From a virus (Duplodnaviria; Caudoviricetes), in IMG/VR virus record IMGVR_UViG_3300025770_000019, positions 1 through 62,375 of that record: 62,375 nt of DNA; one strand, given 5' to 3'. A program made the position numbers and the translations under genes. The notes under the pieces were generated by a model. That model was not told where the DNA came from and did not search any database. It saw nothing but the letters and a program-made list of their open reading frames with translations. Of the stretch, positions 38,415 to 48,396 are shown in pieces (within the stretch, counting starts at the first letter, position 1; every line of letters begins with the position of its first letter).

Positions 38415-41400
38415 TTATACCTCGAACCAGCCGACAGTTGCGTCGACGTATATTAGTTGTGTTGAATTTCCTGTGGGAAGGGAGCCATCTTCAGCAGCAG
38501 AGTTAATGTTTTCTCCGTTACGACCAACTGTAACCAACCCGGCACCCGCAGAAGACAAAGTTACAGAGTCTCCACTAGAAGGTGAAGCCGGTAATGCAAT
38601 AGTAAATGGTGACGCACTGTTACAAATGATTTGGTCACCTGCAACAGCCGTATAAGTAGTAGTTTTGATGGACCACGACGACCCGGTTAGGCTGTTTAGT
38701 TTAGAGTGGTCCGCATCAGTAAACACATTGCTGTCTGTAGCTGCGTCTACTGCGGCACGTATCTCCGCGTCGGTTTGATCCGCTGTAGCGCCGTCTTCTA
38801 CGTTAAGTAGCGTTCTAACACTAGCGGGTGTCAATTCTTCTGAATCACCGGAACCCGCCGTTGTCCTACCTAAGATAGTGCTGGTGGCAACGTTTGATAC
38901 TACGTCAACAGCATGGTCTAAGTCGCTAATTTGAGACTCAGTAATCGACAACGCTGCTTCGTGCTGAGTAACGCTAGACTCCGATACGTTGCCTGCGTTT
39001 ATGTCTGTGGCACCTTGGTCTGCCGTCCAGTCGATGTGCTCGTTGGCTACAAACCCTTGGAAGCTGTCGTGGTCTAGCGAAGCCTGCATGTACCCGCCAA
39101 GTACAGAAACGTCTGTCCGCTTAAGCGCACCGCTGTCGTTGAGTAGTAGTTCGTCAGCGTCGACTATGCCTGTCGTTAGCGCAGTCCTGTTCGTAATAGC
39201 AGAAACAGTAAGTGTCGTAGCTCCGTCACTACTGGACGTAACTTCTCCCGTATGGTCTGGGTGACTGTAGTTGTTTGCGTTTGCTACTATACCGTTAAGT
39301 TTTGAATGGTCTGCGTCAGTAAACACATTGCTGTCGGTGGCTGCTTCTACAGCCGCTCTGATTTCAGCATCAGACTGATCAGCTGTGGCATTGGTTTCAC
39401 CCGTGTACCCCAAATCAGCCAGAGTAAGCGTCCGAGTCGCTACCGCACCATTGGCGTCTGTGACGTGCCCTGATGCGTCTGTCGTAACATTGATGTCAAC
39501 GTCAGACACAATGGTCGCACCCGAGAGGAGGCCAGTATCAACATTGATATCATCCCCATTGTATGAGGGATGAGTGTAATCATTAGCCGTTGCAGAACCT
39601 GTATAGCCAAGATTAGCGAGTGTCATCGTCCGCTTGGTCATAGCCGTGATGTGGCCTTCAGAATTTGTCTGAAGCGTATCCAAGACATCCGCACCTGATG
39701 TATCCAAGTTAGTTACTGAATTGATCGGGTGCGTGTAATCATTTGCTGTTGCTGAGCCTGTATAACCAAGGTTAGCCAGTGTCATGGTACGTTTGGACAT
39801 CAATGTAATGTGCCCAGTAGAGTCTGTGTTTAAGACATCCAGTACCTCTGCATTAGCAGTATTGATATTCGTCGTTACGTTGCTTGGATGCGTGTAATTG
39901 TTATACGGACCCAAGTCACTTATCTGACTCTCCGTAATACTCAGCGCAGCTTGATGAGCGGTGACTGCTCCTTCATGAATGGAGCCACCAGTGATGCTCA
40001 CAGAGTTTGAATTCTGTGTAGCGATCGTACCCAGTTCACTGGTTGTCAGCGTCGTGTTAATCCAGACAGCTGCACCTGTGGAAGCGTCCACACAGCGATA
40101 AGCTTCATCGCCCGTTGTGTCAATCCAAACAGAGCCGACTGCAAACGCACCGTTGCCGCCTGTGTTCGCGCCGTCGTCGTCTGCATCTGGCGCTGCCGTA
40201 GCGTCAAACTTACTTGGTGCTGTGTTGTTAAGTTTTGTTTGTACTGCTGTCGCCAGCATTGCCTCGTCAACAGCGTTAGTCTGAATGGTTAAAGCCCCAT
40301 CCCCGCTAGAGACAACATCCCCGCTATGGTTGGGGTGCGAGTAGTTGTTCGCGCTTGTGGCAACTCCGTCTAGCTTAGTCCAGTCTCCCGAAGACATAAC
40401 CCCCGCAAAAGACCCAGTCGCTGCAGTCAGCGTTGCGTTGTCTCCCGCAGTGTTAGTAATAGGAACGGTAGTTGTGGTTCTCGTACCCTGTGCAAGATCA
40501 ACGTCGCCTGACTGTAGCGCGCTATCTGCAGTTGACCCCTGCGCAGCCGTAGCCAGTCCCGCCTCCGCTGGCGTTTGGTTCTTCCATGTATTGTCGCCTG
40601 AGTTATAGGCCAACACTTCGTTATCAGCAGGAGTAGCGATAGTGACGTTGCCCAAGTCGGTCAGACCTTCGCCGGTTATATCCTGTAGCGCAGAATCTGC
40701 TAAAGCACCTTGGGCTGACGACGCTGCGTCGGTAATGCCATACCCTGCGAGAGTCGTTGGTGTGCCGGAAGTAATGTCCGTCCACGCCCAGTTGAGTGCG
40801 GCAGTCTCCGTCTTTGTGTAGGCGTTGGTGATACCGTAACCAGCGACAGTCGTCGGCTTACCCGAAACAATATCGCCCCAGTCCCACGTTAGCGCATCAG
40901 CCTCCGTCTTTGTGTAGGCGTTGGTGATACCGTAACCAGAAATCGTAGTCGGCTTGCTGGTGATGTCAGTCGCCCAGTCCCACGTCAGTGCGTCGACTTG
41001 GGTCTGTGTGTACGTCAGTGCGTCGACTTGGGTCTGTGTGTACGTATTCACAGTCAAGAGTACGTCGGTTATTCCGTAACCATCCCGCGTGGTTGGCGTA
41101 GTAGAAACGTCAGACCAAGGCAGCGTACCGCTAAGCGACGCACCAGTAATCGCACCAGCGGCGTCTATAGAAGCAACAGGCGTTGTACCGCCAATGGTCG
41201 TGCCTGCACCGTCAATCGTACCGCCAGTGATGGCGACGTTATCAGGGGGTGATATGGTAGCACTGGTTATTCGTGCCTCGAACGGGGTGTTGTTGCCCCA
41301 CGCGAAACCTGTCGTACCCTCTTGGGCGCGCACGATGGTCAGAATATTACCGGCTACGTTCGTTACCTGTACGATTTCCCAGCTATCTTCATCGCCGTTG

Positions 41401-41546
41401 CCGTCGAACCCAACGAACGTAGCTAAGTAATAGTCTGTACCGGGATCAGGAAAGTCAGCCGCGCTAACCAGCGTCACAGAAGTTGCGACGTTAGTAATAG
41501 CGCCGTTTGTGACTCCTACCGCGTTGTTTACAAGTATCTGGCCCAT
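38415..41546 (-). CDS. Long fibre protein with nested repeats
   Basis: N-terminal anchor WEIVQVT...VRAQEGT; KPTTxxGYGIT repeats; C-terminal LPASPSSGD...W domain. Confidence 0.85.
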   Translation of the reverse strand: MGQILVNNAVGVTNGAITNVATSVTLVSAADFPDPGTDYYLATFVGFDGNGDEDSWEIVQVTNVAGNILTIVRAQEGTTGFAWGNNTPFEARITSATISPPDNVAITGGTIDGAGTTIGGTTPVASIDAAGAITGASLSGTLPWSDVSTTPTTRDGYGITDVLLTVNTYTQTQVDALTYTQTQVDALTWDWATDITSKPTTISGYGITNAYTKTEADALTWDWGDIVSGKPTTVAGYGITNAYTKTETAALNWAWTDITSGTPTTLAGYGITDAASSAQGALADSALQDITGEGLTDLGNVTIATPADNEVLAYNSGDNTWKNQTPAEAGLATAAQGSTADSALQSGDVDLAQGTRTTTTVPITNTAGDNATLTAATGSFAGVMSSGDWTKLDGVATSANNYSHPNHSGDVVSSGDGALTIQTNAVDEAMLATAVQTKLNNTAPSKFDATAAPDADDDGANTGGNGAFAVGSVWIDTTGDEAYRCVDASTGAAVWINTTLTTSELGTIATQNSNSVSITGGSIHEGAVTAHQAALSITESQISDLGPYNNYTHPSNVTTNINTANAEVLDVLNTDSTGHITLMSKRTMTLANLGYTGSATANDYTHPINSVTNLDTSGADVLDTLQTNSEGHITAMTKRTMTLANLGYTGSATANDYTHPSYNGDDINVDTGLLSGATIVSDVDINVTTDASGHVTDANGAVATRTLTLADLGYTGETNATADQSDAEIRAAVEAATDSNVFTDADHSKLNGIVANANNYSHPDHTGEVTSSSDGATTLTVSAITNRTALTTGIVDADELLLNDSGALKRTDVSVLGGYMQASLDHDSFQGFVANEHIDWTADQGATDINAGNVSESSVTQHEAALSITESQISDLDHAVDVVSNVATSTILGRTTAGSGDSEELTPASVRTLLNVEDGATADQTDAEIRAAVDAATDSNVFTDADHSKLNSLTGSSWSIKTTTYTAVAGDQIICNSASPFTIALPASPSSGDSVTLSSAGAGLVTVGRNGENINSAAEDGSLPTGNSTQLIYVDATVGWFEV
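40982..41041. repeat. Perfect 30-bp tandem duplication in the fibre gene
   Basis: ACGTCAGTGCGTCGACTTGGGTCTGTGTGT twice. Confidence 0.95.
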
Positions 41547-41549
41547 GCG

Positions 41550-41831
41550 TTAAATCTCTTTTATCTTAAAGATGACTTCGTCCTGAAGCTGACGGCCATC
41601 AGCGGTGTCGACGTCGAGAGTTACTTTGTATTTAACGCCTGCAGTGCCACCAGACACCCAGAACTTAACACGAGGGTCAAACACACCGATTGTGTCCACA
41701 GTAAGCCCGACAGGGTCTACGGATTCAAGAACCGCAGTCTGCACATTGTCGCCATCAGTAAGAAAGTCACCATAGTCAATAGTGTAAGAAAGCCGTTCTG
41801 CTGGCTGCTGTGTGACTGTACCTAACTTCAT
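41550..41831 (-). CDS. Small fibre adaptor-like structural protein
   Basis: QQPAERLSYTIDY...WVSGGTAGVKYKVT...TADGR. Confidence 0.75.
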   Translation of the reverse strand: MKLGTVTQQPAERLSYTIDYGDFLTDGDNVQTAVLESVDPVGLTVDTIGVFDPRVKFWVSGGTAGVKYKVTLDVDTADGRQLQDEVIFKIKEI

Positions 41832-43303
41832 GCGGCTCTCCTAAACACAAACTCTTGTACCGGCCTAACTAGCTCGGATGTGTAAGGTGGACGGATGAAG
41901 GTACGCTCTGGTGGGTCAACAGATTCCGCATTCACTACCTCTAGCGTGTCTACCGCTAAACTTCCAGATAGGATGGTCGTTGGGAACACCTGCAGATATA
42001 CCGCTCCACTACCTGCTATTGTACAATTTGCAGAGTTATCTACAAGCGAGGTTGTTGACAGAGTACGTAAGGCCGTGGAAGTAGTAGACACAGTCACTGT
42101 CGCCGGGTCAGCCTCAGCTATGAGTATACGTTCAGATGTGGCCGTAGCCGACCCTGCGACGCTCAGCGTAGAAGTTACAGGTAAAACGCGAGTCGCTATA
42201 GGCACTACCACAGCAGAGAAAGGCGCTGTTATGCCTGTCGCCACTGTTGTGCGCGTAGTAATTGTGTTCGTAACATCGAGAGTCACCGCCAAGGTAGACA
42301 CGCCTGCCTGAGTAATCGTAGCCTCGGTAAGCGTCACGCTACTGCTACCGCCTATTGGCGAAGAAGAGTACTGCGTAACATACATGTCAGCGGTGGATTC
42401 GAGCGACATAGCTGCATCAGCCTGTGCCTCCCGGCGCATTTTCGCTTCTGACATGTTGAATGTGACACTGGAACTACCTGTCGCAGTGGTGTACGTGGTT
42501 CGCGTTGGCGTGGCTGTCATTGCAACGCTGCATACGACGTCGTCGGGGTCTAGCAGGCTAGACAACAGAGGGTCGACTGTAAACGTCGCCGCTGCAGCCG
42601 GTGTTGACAGTGCCGCTTGGGTTCTAGTGCTGTCTGCGACGGATATCCCAACAGCGTCTATTACGATAATAGCTGTAATAGTCTTGTAGTTTAGGACCAG
42701 ACTATTGTCAGTCGTTACTGACGCTGCGACGTTAATAGTCGCAAACGAATCATATATAGTATCTACGCCTGATTCTGCGTAGACGTTGGCTGTTACAACA
42801 ATACCTACGGTACTCGTAGCTGTCCTGTCGCCTTCTACTGCAGGTATAGCGACAGCCCCTGAAGGGGTCGCTGTAGGGTGCTGAGTTAGTGTGGCGTCGG
42901 CGGTTATTGCTACGCCGACAGGCTCTATGTCAGAGTCCCCGATTTCTTCAGAGGGTATCGCGACTATCCCGCAGGATACCTCTATATCGGCCGCGCCGTA
43001 CGTGTCCCGAAGGATGAACGCGGATATGGTGACTGTAGAATCAAGGTCTGCGGATACAGCGTGTTTCTTCCACGCTGTAGCGTACAGCCCACCAGCAGGT
43101 GTAATTGTTGCCAACGGCCCGTGTGTGAACGTCTGCTGTGCGGTTATCTCAACCGCGCCAGATACGGCAGCTGAGCCGGTTACAACAAACCCGATATTAG
43201 CAAGCGTAAGCCCTACGGTAACACTTATGGATGCTTCCGCAGATATGTAAATGGGAGCAGAAGCACCATTCGCAACTGCACCGTTTGGTACGAAGAAGTT
43301 CAT
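41828..43303 (-). CDS. Thr/Ala/Val/Ser-rich structural protein
   Basis: 491-aa ORF with low-complexity beta-like composition, coupled to neighbours. Confidence 0.7.
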   Translation of the reverse strand: MNFFVPNGAVANGASAPIYISAEASISVTVGLTLANIGFVVTGSAAVSGAVEITAQQTFTHGPLATITPAGGLYATAWKKHAVSADLDSTVTISAFILRDTYGAADIEVSCGIVAIPSEEIGDSDIEPVGVAITADATLTQHPTATPSGAVAIPAVEGDRTATSTVGIVVTANVYAESGVDTIYDSFATINVAASVTTDNSLVLNYKTITAIIVIDAVGISVADSTRTQAALSTPAAAATFTVDPLLSSLLDPDDVVCSVAMTATPTRTTYTTATGSSSVTFNMSEAKMRREAQADAAMSLESTADMYVTQYSSSPIGGSSSVTLTEATITQAGVSTLAVTLDVTNTITTRTTVATGITAPFSAVVVPIATRVLPVTSTLSVAGSATATSERILIAEADPATVTVSTTSTALRTLSTTSLVDNSANCTIAGSGAVYLQVFPTTILSGSLAVDTLEVVNAESVDPPERTFIRPPYTSELVRPVQEFVFRRAA

Positions 43304-43326
43304 GCTACTCTGCCCGGTCGACTAAA

Positions 43327-43758
43327 TTAGTCGAATGTTACAGTTATTGCTCCGATACCGAATGACAGCACGTCCCCCTGCAGCAGCGTTTTAGACGATG
43401 CTAGTGGGGCGTGAAACAACAGGTTACCTGTCGTAATCGCATCGAACACACCAATGTGTGTACAGGTGATTGACGAAGCACCATCGTTAGATGGGAACGT
43501 AATAACCTTTGCGTTTTGGGTTGTGCCGTCAGTCGCGCCCGGTGCATCCCAGCCAGTCTCTTTGCCAGCGCCGCCAGCAGCATCTTGACGCGCGTATGTC
43601 GTCCATGTCGAGGCAGGGTTAACTTCAGTACCGGAACCTGCATCAGTCGGGTCAGACTCGAACAAACCGATGTAGATTGTAGATGGGGCAGAGTACGCGG
43701 GAGTACGGAAGATGTGGTTAACCAACTGTACCTCAAGATAATCTGAAAACTTACTCAT
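43327..43758 (-). CDS. Virion structural protein (fibre-associated)
   Basis: FSDYLE, YIGLF..DP, YARQ, ITFP, GVFDAITTGNLL; AGGAG SD. Confidence 0.85.
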   Translation of the reverse strand: MSKFSDYLEVQLVNHIFRTPAYSAPSTIYIGLFESDPTDAGSGTEVNPASTWTTYARQDAAGGAGKETGWDAPGATDGTTQNAKVITFPSNDGASSITCTHIGVFDAITTGNLLFHAPLASSKTLLQGDVLSFGIGAITVTFD

Positions 43759-43776
43759 GGATATCTCCTAGAAGAT

Positions 43777-44472
43777 TTAAGGCGCGTTAGGTGCAGGCGC
43801 GTTCGGGTTAGTAGGTGATTTAGGACCAGCTTGTATGGTAGCCGAAATCTCAATACCGAGGGCATTTGCAAAAGTGCCATAGTGCGCTTGGGCGCGTTGA
43901 GCATTCCCGGCGTACTCGCTGTCCTTCGTATAGGCTCGATATAGAATGTAGTCCTGAATCACGTTTCCGTAGATATCAGGTACGTCGATGTCACCAGTGA
44001 CATCATCCCACGTTGCACCATCGCCCGGCTCCGTCACATCTGCAGGGTACACTGAATAGACAATATCCAGCTTTGCAGAAGTCGTAGCAGGCGGGTACAC
44101 ATAGAAAATGCTGCGATCCCGAGGGTCATACATATAATGCAGAATCTCAGCTGCCTGAGTTATGTCATGCCACTCAGGAGTTTGTGCGTCGAGTATTTCT
44201 CGATTGACCAGTCGTACTGCACGTTTTGTGCTGACTGTGTTGTTACGCACGATCTCAATAAGTTTGGAACCATCACCGGGTAGTGACTGGCGACTACCAG
44301 CTACCAAGGTGATTGTAGAATTTGTAACGAGGGCGTCGGGGCGATACAAAGCAACTTCACGCTGCCCATCGTTTAGATACCTAACCAGTTCATCTACAGG
44401 CCATCGTACTGACGAGTTATCCTGCAGTATGTCAACAGCCCGTCTTATAGTGCTTTGTGCCGAAATTGCCAT
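43777..44472 (-). CDS. Head-tail adaptor-like protein (DUF6682-like)
   Basis: RWPVDELVRYLNDGQR, FYVYPP, DYILYRAYTKDSE. Confidence 0.75.
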   Translation of the reverse strand: MAISAQSTIRRAVDILQDNSSVRWPVDELVRYLNDGQREVALYRPDALVTNSTITLVAGSRQSLPGDGSKLIEIVRNNTVSTKRAVRLVNREILDAQTPEWHDITQAAEILHYMYDPRDRSIFYVYPPATTSAKLDIVYSVYPADVTEPGDGATWDDVTGDIDVPDIYGNVIQDYILYRAYTKDSEYAGNAQRAQAHYGTFANALGIEISATIQAGPKSPTNPNAPAPNAP

Positions 44473-44474
44473 TT

Positions 44475-45107
44475 TTACCTCACGAAAGGTTGTTGTTTGA
44501 CGGATGATGAACCGACAACTCGACCCATGTTACCCTCAATTCTAGCGTTATGACACATAGTGTATGCCGCCGCTTTATGTATGCCTGCGGAAACTAAGTC
44601 GGAGTATGGTTGGCCCGGCGTGGACTTCAGTCGGTACAGGGCACCGTGAGTCAGCGCTTCGTGCCAATAAACAAATAGGTCGTCGTCTAAGTACTTAGCC
44701 CCACGGACAGGTCGCAACACGATAGACATTTCTATCGGGTACACCTTGTCCGGTGCAGGGAACAGGTTGAGCACTACCTCCGACTCGTTCTGCGTTACGT
44801 AGAAGTGGGTCGGGATGGTGTCACTGACGTTATCTTTAACCGGCAGCCCGATTGTCGGTAGCGACTTTAGCTTTTTCCCATTAACCGTCACGTATACTAC
44901 GCGCGAATACTCTTGGTTCGTGGGAATGTCGAAGTCGTACGCCGCTAAACCAGCTTCAGTGTTAACCGAATCCGGCGTGTACCGTATGACAAGCGACTTA
45001 TCACAAAACTCAATCGCCGCGTCAACGAGCGATTGCTCAGCAAAAGGTGCCGGACAAGAAATTACGTGCGGCAGTATTCGCGGGAAAAAGTCAGCTACAG
45101 GCTTCAC
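44475..45107 (-). CDS. Head-tail adaptor-like protein
   Basis: AAIEFC, LFPAPD, GALYRL..PGQPYS; position after capsid. Confidence 0.7.
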   Translation of the reverse strand: MKPVADFFPRILPHVISCPAPFAEQSLVDAAIEFCDKSLVIRYTPDSVNTEAGLAAYDFDIPTNQEYSRVVYVTVNGKKLKSLPTIGLPVKDNVSDTIPTHFYVTQNESEVVLNLFPAPDKVYPIEMSIVLRPVRGAKYLDDDLFVYWHEALTHGALYRLKSTPGQPYSDLVSAGIHKAAAYTMCHNARIEGNMGRVVGSSSVKQQPFVR

Positions 45108-45359
45108 TTATTCGTCTTCAAGCCCTACGGGTGGCTCTGGCTCTGGCTCCACGCTAACGATAGGTGGGGCAATGCCGACAGCTTCGCCAGCGTTGTGCTC
45201 AGCCATAAGTTTTTTACCAAGAGCGTTAAGATCGTACTCACCAGTAACTGCATTCTTCGTAGCCATCCACTCAGCTTTGCCGTTGTACCTGTCCAGCCGT
45301 AGCTTATTCAGATGCTCACCGCCACCGAGTAGCTGGCATAGTTCTAAAGGGGTCGTCAT
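45108..45359 (-). CDS. Hypothetical protein
   Basis: GGAG SD; abuts next gene. Confidence 0.7.
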   Translation of the reverse strand: MTTPLELCQLLGGGEHLNKLRLDRYNGKAEWMATKNAVTGEYDLNALGKKLMAEHNAGEAVGIAPPIVSVEPEPEPPVGLEDE

Positions 45360-45370
45360 TCAGTATCTCC

Positions 45371-45395
45371 AAAAGCGGGGGGTCGAAACCCCCCA
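45371..45395 (-). terminator. Intrinsic terminator after the capsid gene
   Basis: Minus strand GGGGGGT-TTCG-ACCCCCC-GC-TTTT. Confidence 0.8.
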
Positions 45396-45486
45396 CCGGG
45401 TTAGACTTCAATCCATGTAAGGCCGTCGGTGCCGAGCTGCATTAACTCAGTAACAGCGCCAGCCGCTACAGCTATTGCAGCATCAA

Positions 45487-46476
45487 TTACTCGACCAGTG
45501 CTACAACTAGCGCCTCTGGCTTAACAACCTTTCGACCGTACACGGCCAACCCACGGACAATGTCGCCAAAGTCTGTCTGGTTACGCAGCGGTTCAGTCTT
45601 ACTGATCGTCATTGCAAAGCTAGTCGCGTGCTTGGTGCCTGCGATCATAGTTCTGCGCTGGTTAGCAGTAGTGGCCCCGCCAGTTGAGGGGTCAGTCAGT
45701 CCAGACACAAGGTCTTTGTTGGCGTCGCCGCGTGGCAGGAGGTTAGAGACGTAGACCGTAAAGCGATCCAACATACCGATTTTACCGGTACGGATGGTGC
45801 TTGACGCATCTCCGGAGAAGTACGCTTGCGCAATGTCCGAACGCATCAGAATCTGACGGTCGTACGGCGTCATAACTAACCAACGTCCATCTTCCGGTAC
45901 GTTCTGCTCATCTAACGCAGCAGACATACGCAGGATACACTCAAGCAGGTTGTTAGCCGTGCTGGTGTCAATAGGCGCGGTTAGAATGCCGAGGTCGTAA
46001 GCAGCAGACAGTGCGCCAGCAGTAGCGCCGGAGTTAGCTGCAGCCGGGCCTTCAGTGACAAAGCAGTTGAAGAAAAATTCATCTTCGATGTTGATCTTCA
46101 TTTGCTTCGCAGCATCGTCAGTGAACATGTTCATCAAGTCCATGTCAGCCTGTTGCGCCAGTACGTCGTTCGTCTGAACACTGAAGTACTTCGCCTGATC
46201 CACCTGCATGTCTTGGTAGATAGGAGTAGGAACCTCAGTAGTTAGGGTCGAACCGGCACCGGTGTAATCCAGAATCGTGATCGACGGCGCGGTACGGATG
46301 CGAATTGTGTCGCCTTTATTCCGCAGCTCACCCTCGTAGTCAGTGTTGGAAATCTCTGACAGCATGGTGTTCTGGTAAAATTTGGCAAGTAGCTTGCCGG
46401 ACCACAGAGTCGGTATAAACGACCCGGTGTACTCAGGCGACGTAGTGAAGTCACCGTTAGTGGGGAATACAGCCAT
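45487..46476 (-). CDS. Major capsid protein
   Basis: FIPTLWSGKL, NTDYEGE, GDTIRI, LDEQNVPEDGR, FGDIVRGLAVYG; follows scaffold; AGGAG SD. Confidence 0.93.
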   Translation of the reverse strand: MAVFPTNGDFTTSPEYTGSFIPTLWSGKLLAKFYQNTMLSEISNTDYEGELRNKGDTIRIRTAPSITILDYTGAGSTLTTEVPTPIYQDMQVDQAKYFSVQTNDVLAQQADMDLMNMFTDDAAKQMKINIEDEFFFNCFVTEGPAAANSGATAGALSAAYDLGILTAPIDTSTANNLLECILRMSAALDEQNVPEDGRWLVMTPYDRQILMRSDIAQAYFSGDASSTIRTGKIGMLDRFTVYVSNLLPRGDANKDLVSGLTDPSTGGATTANQRRTMIAGTKHATSFAMTISKTEPLRNQTDFGDIVRGLAVYGRKVVKPEALVVALVE

Positions 46477-46504
46477 TGTAGGATGCTCCTGTTAAACGAG
46501 TTGG

Positions 46505-47524
46505 TTACCCCTTCACACGATTCTCTGTGTATGCGGAGTCTATTTCAGCTTCAAGTTTTCTAGCTTCCTCTGTGCGACCGTTTGCGTTTAGCTCCATTAC
46601 TTTCAGGAACATTTTCCTGACAGCAGCGTCATTGTAAATTTTTCCGTTAACGCTAGGTGCAGTTGTTGCTGCAGTCGATGTAGTGGAAGGTTGAATCTGA
46701 CTTTCAAGTTCCTTTGAGGGGGTTGGGTCGGGAGTATCAACAGGCTGTTCAGTATCTTTGAACAGTTGAACATAGTGCGCGACGGCTTCTGCGTCGCCTT
46801 CTGCGTAGGCATTTTGTGCCGCACCCATTCGTGGGCCTCTGAGTATAGGGTCTACCTCGTTAAGCCACGCAATCCAACTAGGATTGGTGTTGATTTCTTC
46901 GAAATCAGGGACTAAACGTGCTAAACGCTGCTCAAAAGATTGAGTGGATACCTTATTTTCGGTCTCGCCCTGCTGTTGTTTCAACATGGCGTTCTCGGCT
47001 TCTAAGGCTTCGAACCTCTTAGTGAGGTCGGCGGTCTCCTCGCGTGCAACTTTGCGTTGTACTTCGATCAAGTCCTCGCCAAATTCTTGACGGTCTTCAT
47101 CAGTGACAAGTGACGTACGTTCGACGGACTGCGGCGTCGGGGCCTGCTCTTGTTGCGTAGTCAAGGCAGTAACTTGAGAGTTCAGGGTTTCAATCTGAGT
47201 CTCCAAGTTCTTCACCTGAGAATGCAAGCGAGGCACTTCGGCGTCGTACATACCCTGAAGGGTCTTGTACTTCTGTTTCCAGACAGCGGGGTCGTCGTCA
47301 GTACTTGTCGTAGATGGCTTTTCTGGAGCTGGTTCGACTGGTGCTTCGACCGTAGTTTCGGGCGCTTGCACCTCCGGCGTCGGCGTTGCGGATTGCTCTG
47401 CTTCTGGCGTCACGACCGAAACCTGTGGCTGACTAGCGTCAGTGGGGGTCTGGTCGCCGTACAGATGCTGCTGAATCGCATCGGCTTGGTCGGATTGTTC
47501 TTGAACTTGCTTCGGTAATGCCAT
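46505..47524 (-). CDS. Scaffolding protein
   Basis: Acidic Pro/Thr-rich N-terminus, WKQKYKTLQGMY, coiled coil; directly upstream of capsid. Confidence 0.8.
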   Translation of the reverse strand: MALPKQVQEQSDQADAIQQHLYGDQTPTDASQPQVSVVTPEAEQSATPTPEVQAPETTVEAPVEPAPEKPSTTSTDDDPAVWKQKYKTLQGMYDAEVPRLHSQVKNLETQIETLNSQVTALTTQQEQAPTPQSVERTSLVTDEDRQEFGEDLIEVQRKVAREETADLTKRFEALEAENAMLKQQQGETENKVSTQSFEQRLARLVPDFEEINTNPSWIAWLNEVDPILRGPRMGAAQNAYAEGDAEAVAHYVQLFKDTEQPVDTPDPTPSKELESQIQPSTTSTAATTAPSVNGKIYNDAAVRKMFLKVMELNANGRTEEARKLEAEIDSAYTENRVKG

Positions 47525-47601
47525 CTGTTACTCCTAAAGCTCCAACTCTGTTCAACGCTCCTGTTACGGTGTGCGTATTCCATAATGGTTTGCTGGACTA
47601 A

Positions 47602-47847
47602 TCACGGTGTTTCCATCCGTGTTTTTACCTCGTGCGATGTTTCAACCGCGTCGAGGAATGAACGTAGCGCGTAAGCCTGCCCTTGCAGTCTCAACATTCG
47701 ATCTTTGTCCTCAGTTTCAACCAGAGAGGCTGTAACATCTGAGAGCGCAGAGTCGAACAAATCAACTAAGTGGGGCATCCCCTGCTTACAGTCGACGAGC
47801 GACTGTATGTGCTGCGGGTTCGGGTTATGCGTCACGAATAAACTCAT
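47602..47847 (-). CDS. Small conserved protein upstream of scaffold
   Basis: MLRLQGQAYAL motif typical of the small gene between portal and scaffold. Confidence 0.75.
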   Translation of the reverse strand: MSLFVTHNPNPQHIQSLVDCKQGMPHLVDLFDSALSDVTASLVETEDKDRMLRLQGQAYALRSFLDAVETSHEVKTRMETP

Positions 47848-47853
47848 GGTGCA

Positions 47854-47882
47854 AATTTATATCAACCCGAGCACTATCGCAA
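47854..47882 (-). promoter_or_regulatory. Possible sigma70 promoter giving a near-leaderless mRNA
   Basis: TTGCGA-17 nt-TAAATT ending 6 nt before ATG 47847, which has no SD. Confidence 0.3.
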
Positions 47883-48396
47883 CAAGTTCCTCGTCAGTTG
47901 GGTTACGTATTGTCGTTGGAATCATAACGGTCCTAAACGCCATTGAAGCAGCGGTTACAGGGGCGGTTTCCGACCCAGCCATAGGGTCAACTAGCGAACT
48001 ACTAGCGTTAATGTGTGCACTTACTTCGTCTACTGTTGCCCCTGTAAGCGGTGGTAGCGTCTCAGACGACGTCAACAAGCTAAACTGGGGTAGTGCAAGG
48101 ACTACACCCTTAGTAAGCTCAGTTACGTTTGTGCCAGCGAATCTGTCTGGCTGGACAACTATTGGCTCTGGGTATATCGGGCGTAGTGCCGGGTCGGAAG
48201 GTATGACTATAGCGGGGGGTATGATGTCCCACTTAGCGTAGATTTCTGCGAGTACTTCTGGTGTGACAGCAACCCGCTTAAACGGGCGTACAGTGCCGCC
48301 CTCACCTGCGGCTACGAATATACTTGCAGTGCGACCGTGGTGGTTCGACTGAAAATGGTTTGAAGCGAAAAAAGCGCTATTAGCGTGGGCGCTCAC
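47857..48396 (-). CDS. Hypothetical accessory structural protein
   Basis: GTGA overlap; FFASNHFQSNHH N-terminal motif. Confidence 0.6.
   Translation of the reverse strand: MSAHANSAFFASNHFQSNHHGRTASIFVAAGEGGTVRPFKRVAVTPEVLAEIYAKWDIIPPAIVIPSDPALRPIYPEPIVVQPDRFAGTNVTELTKGVVLALPQFSLLTSSETLPPLTGATVDEVSAHINASSSLVDPMAGSETAPVTAASMAFRTVMIPTTIRNPTDEELVAIVLGLI

Noticed and set aside
35551-41546. Diversity-generating retroelement acting on fibre genes
   Set aside because: No reverse transcriptase and no repeat pair differing only at adenines was seen
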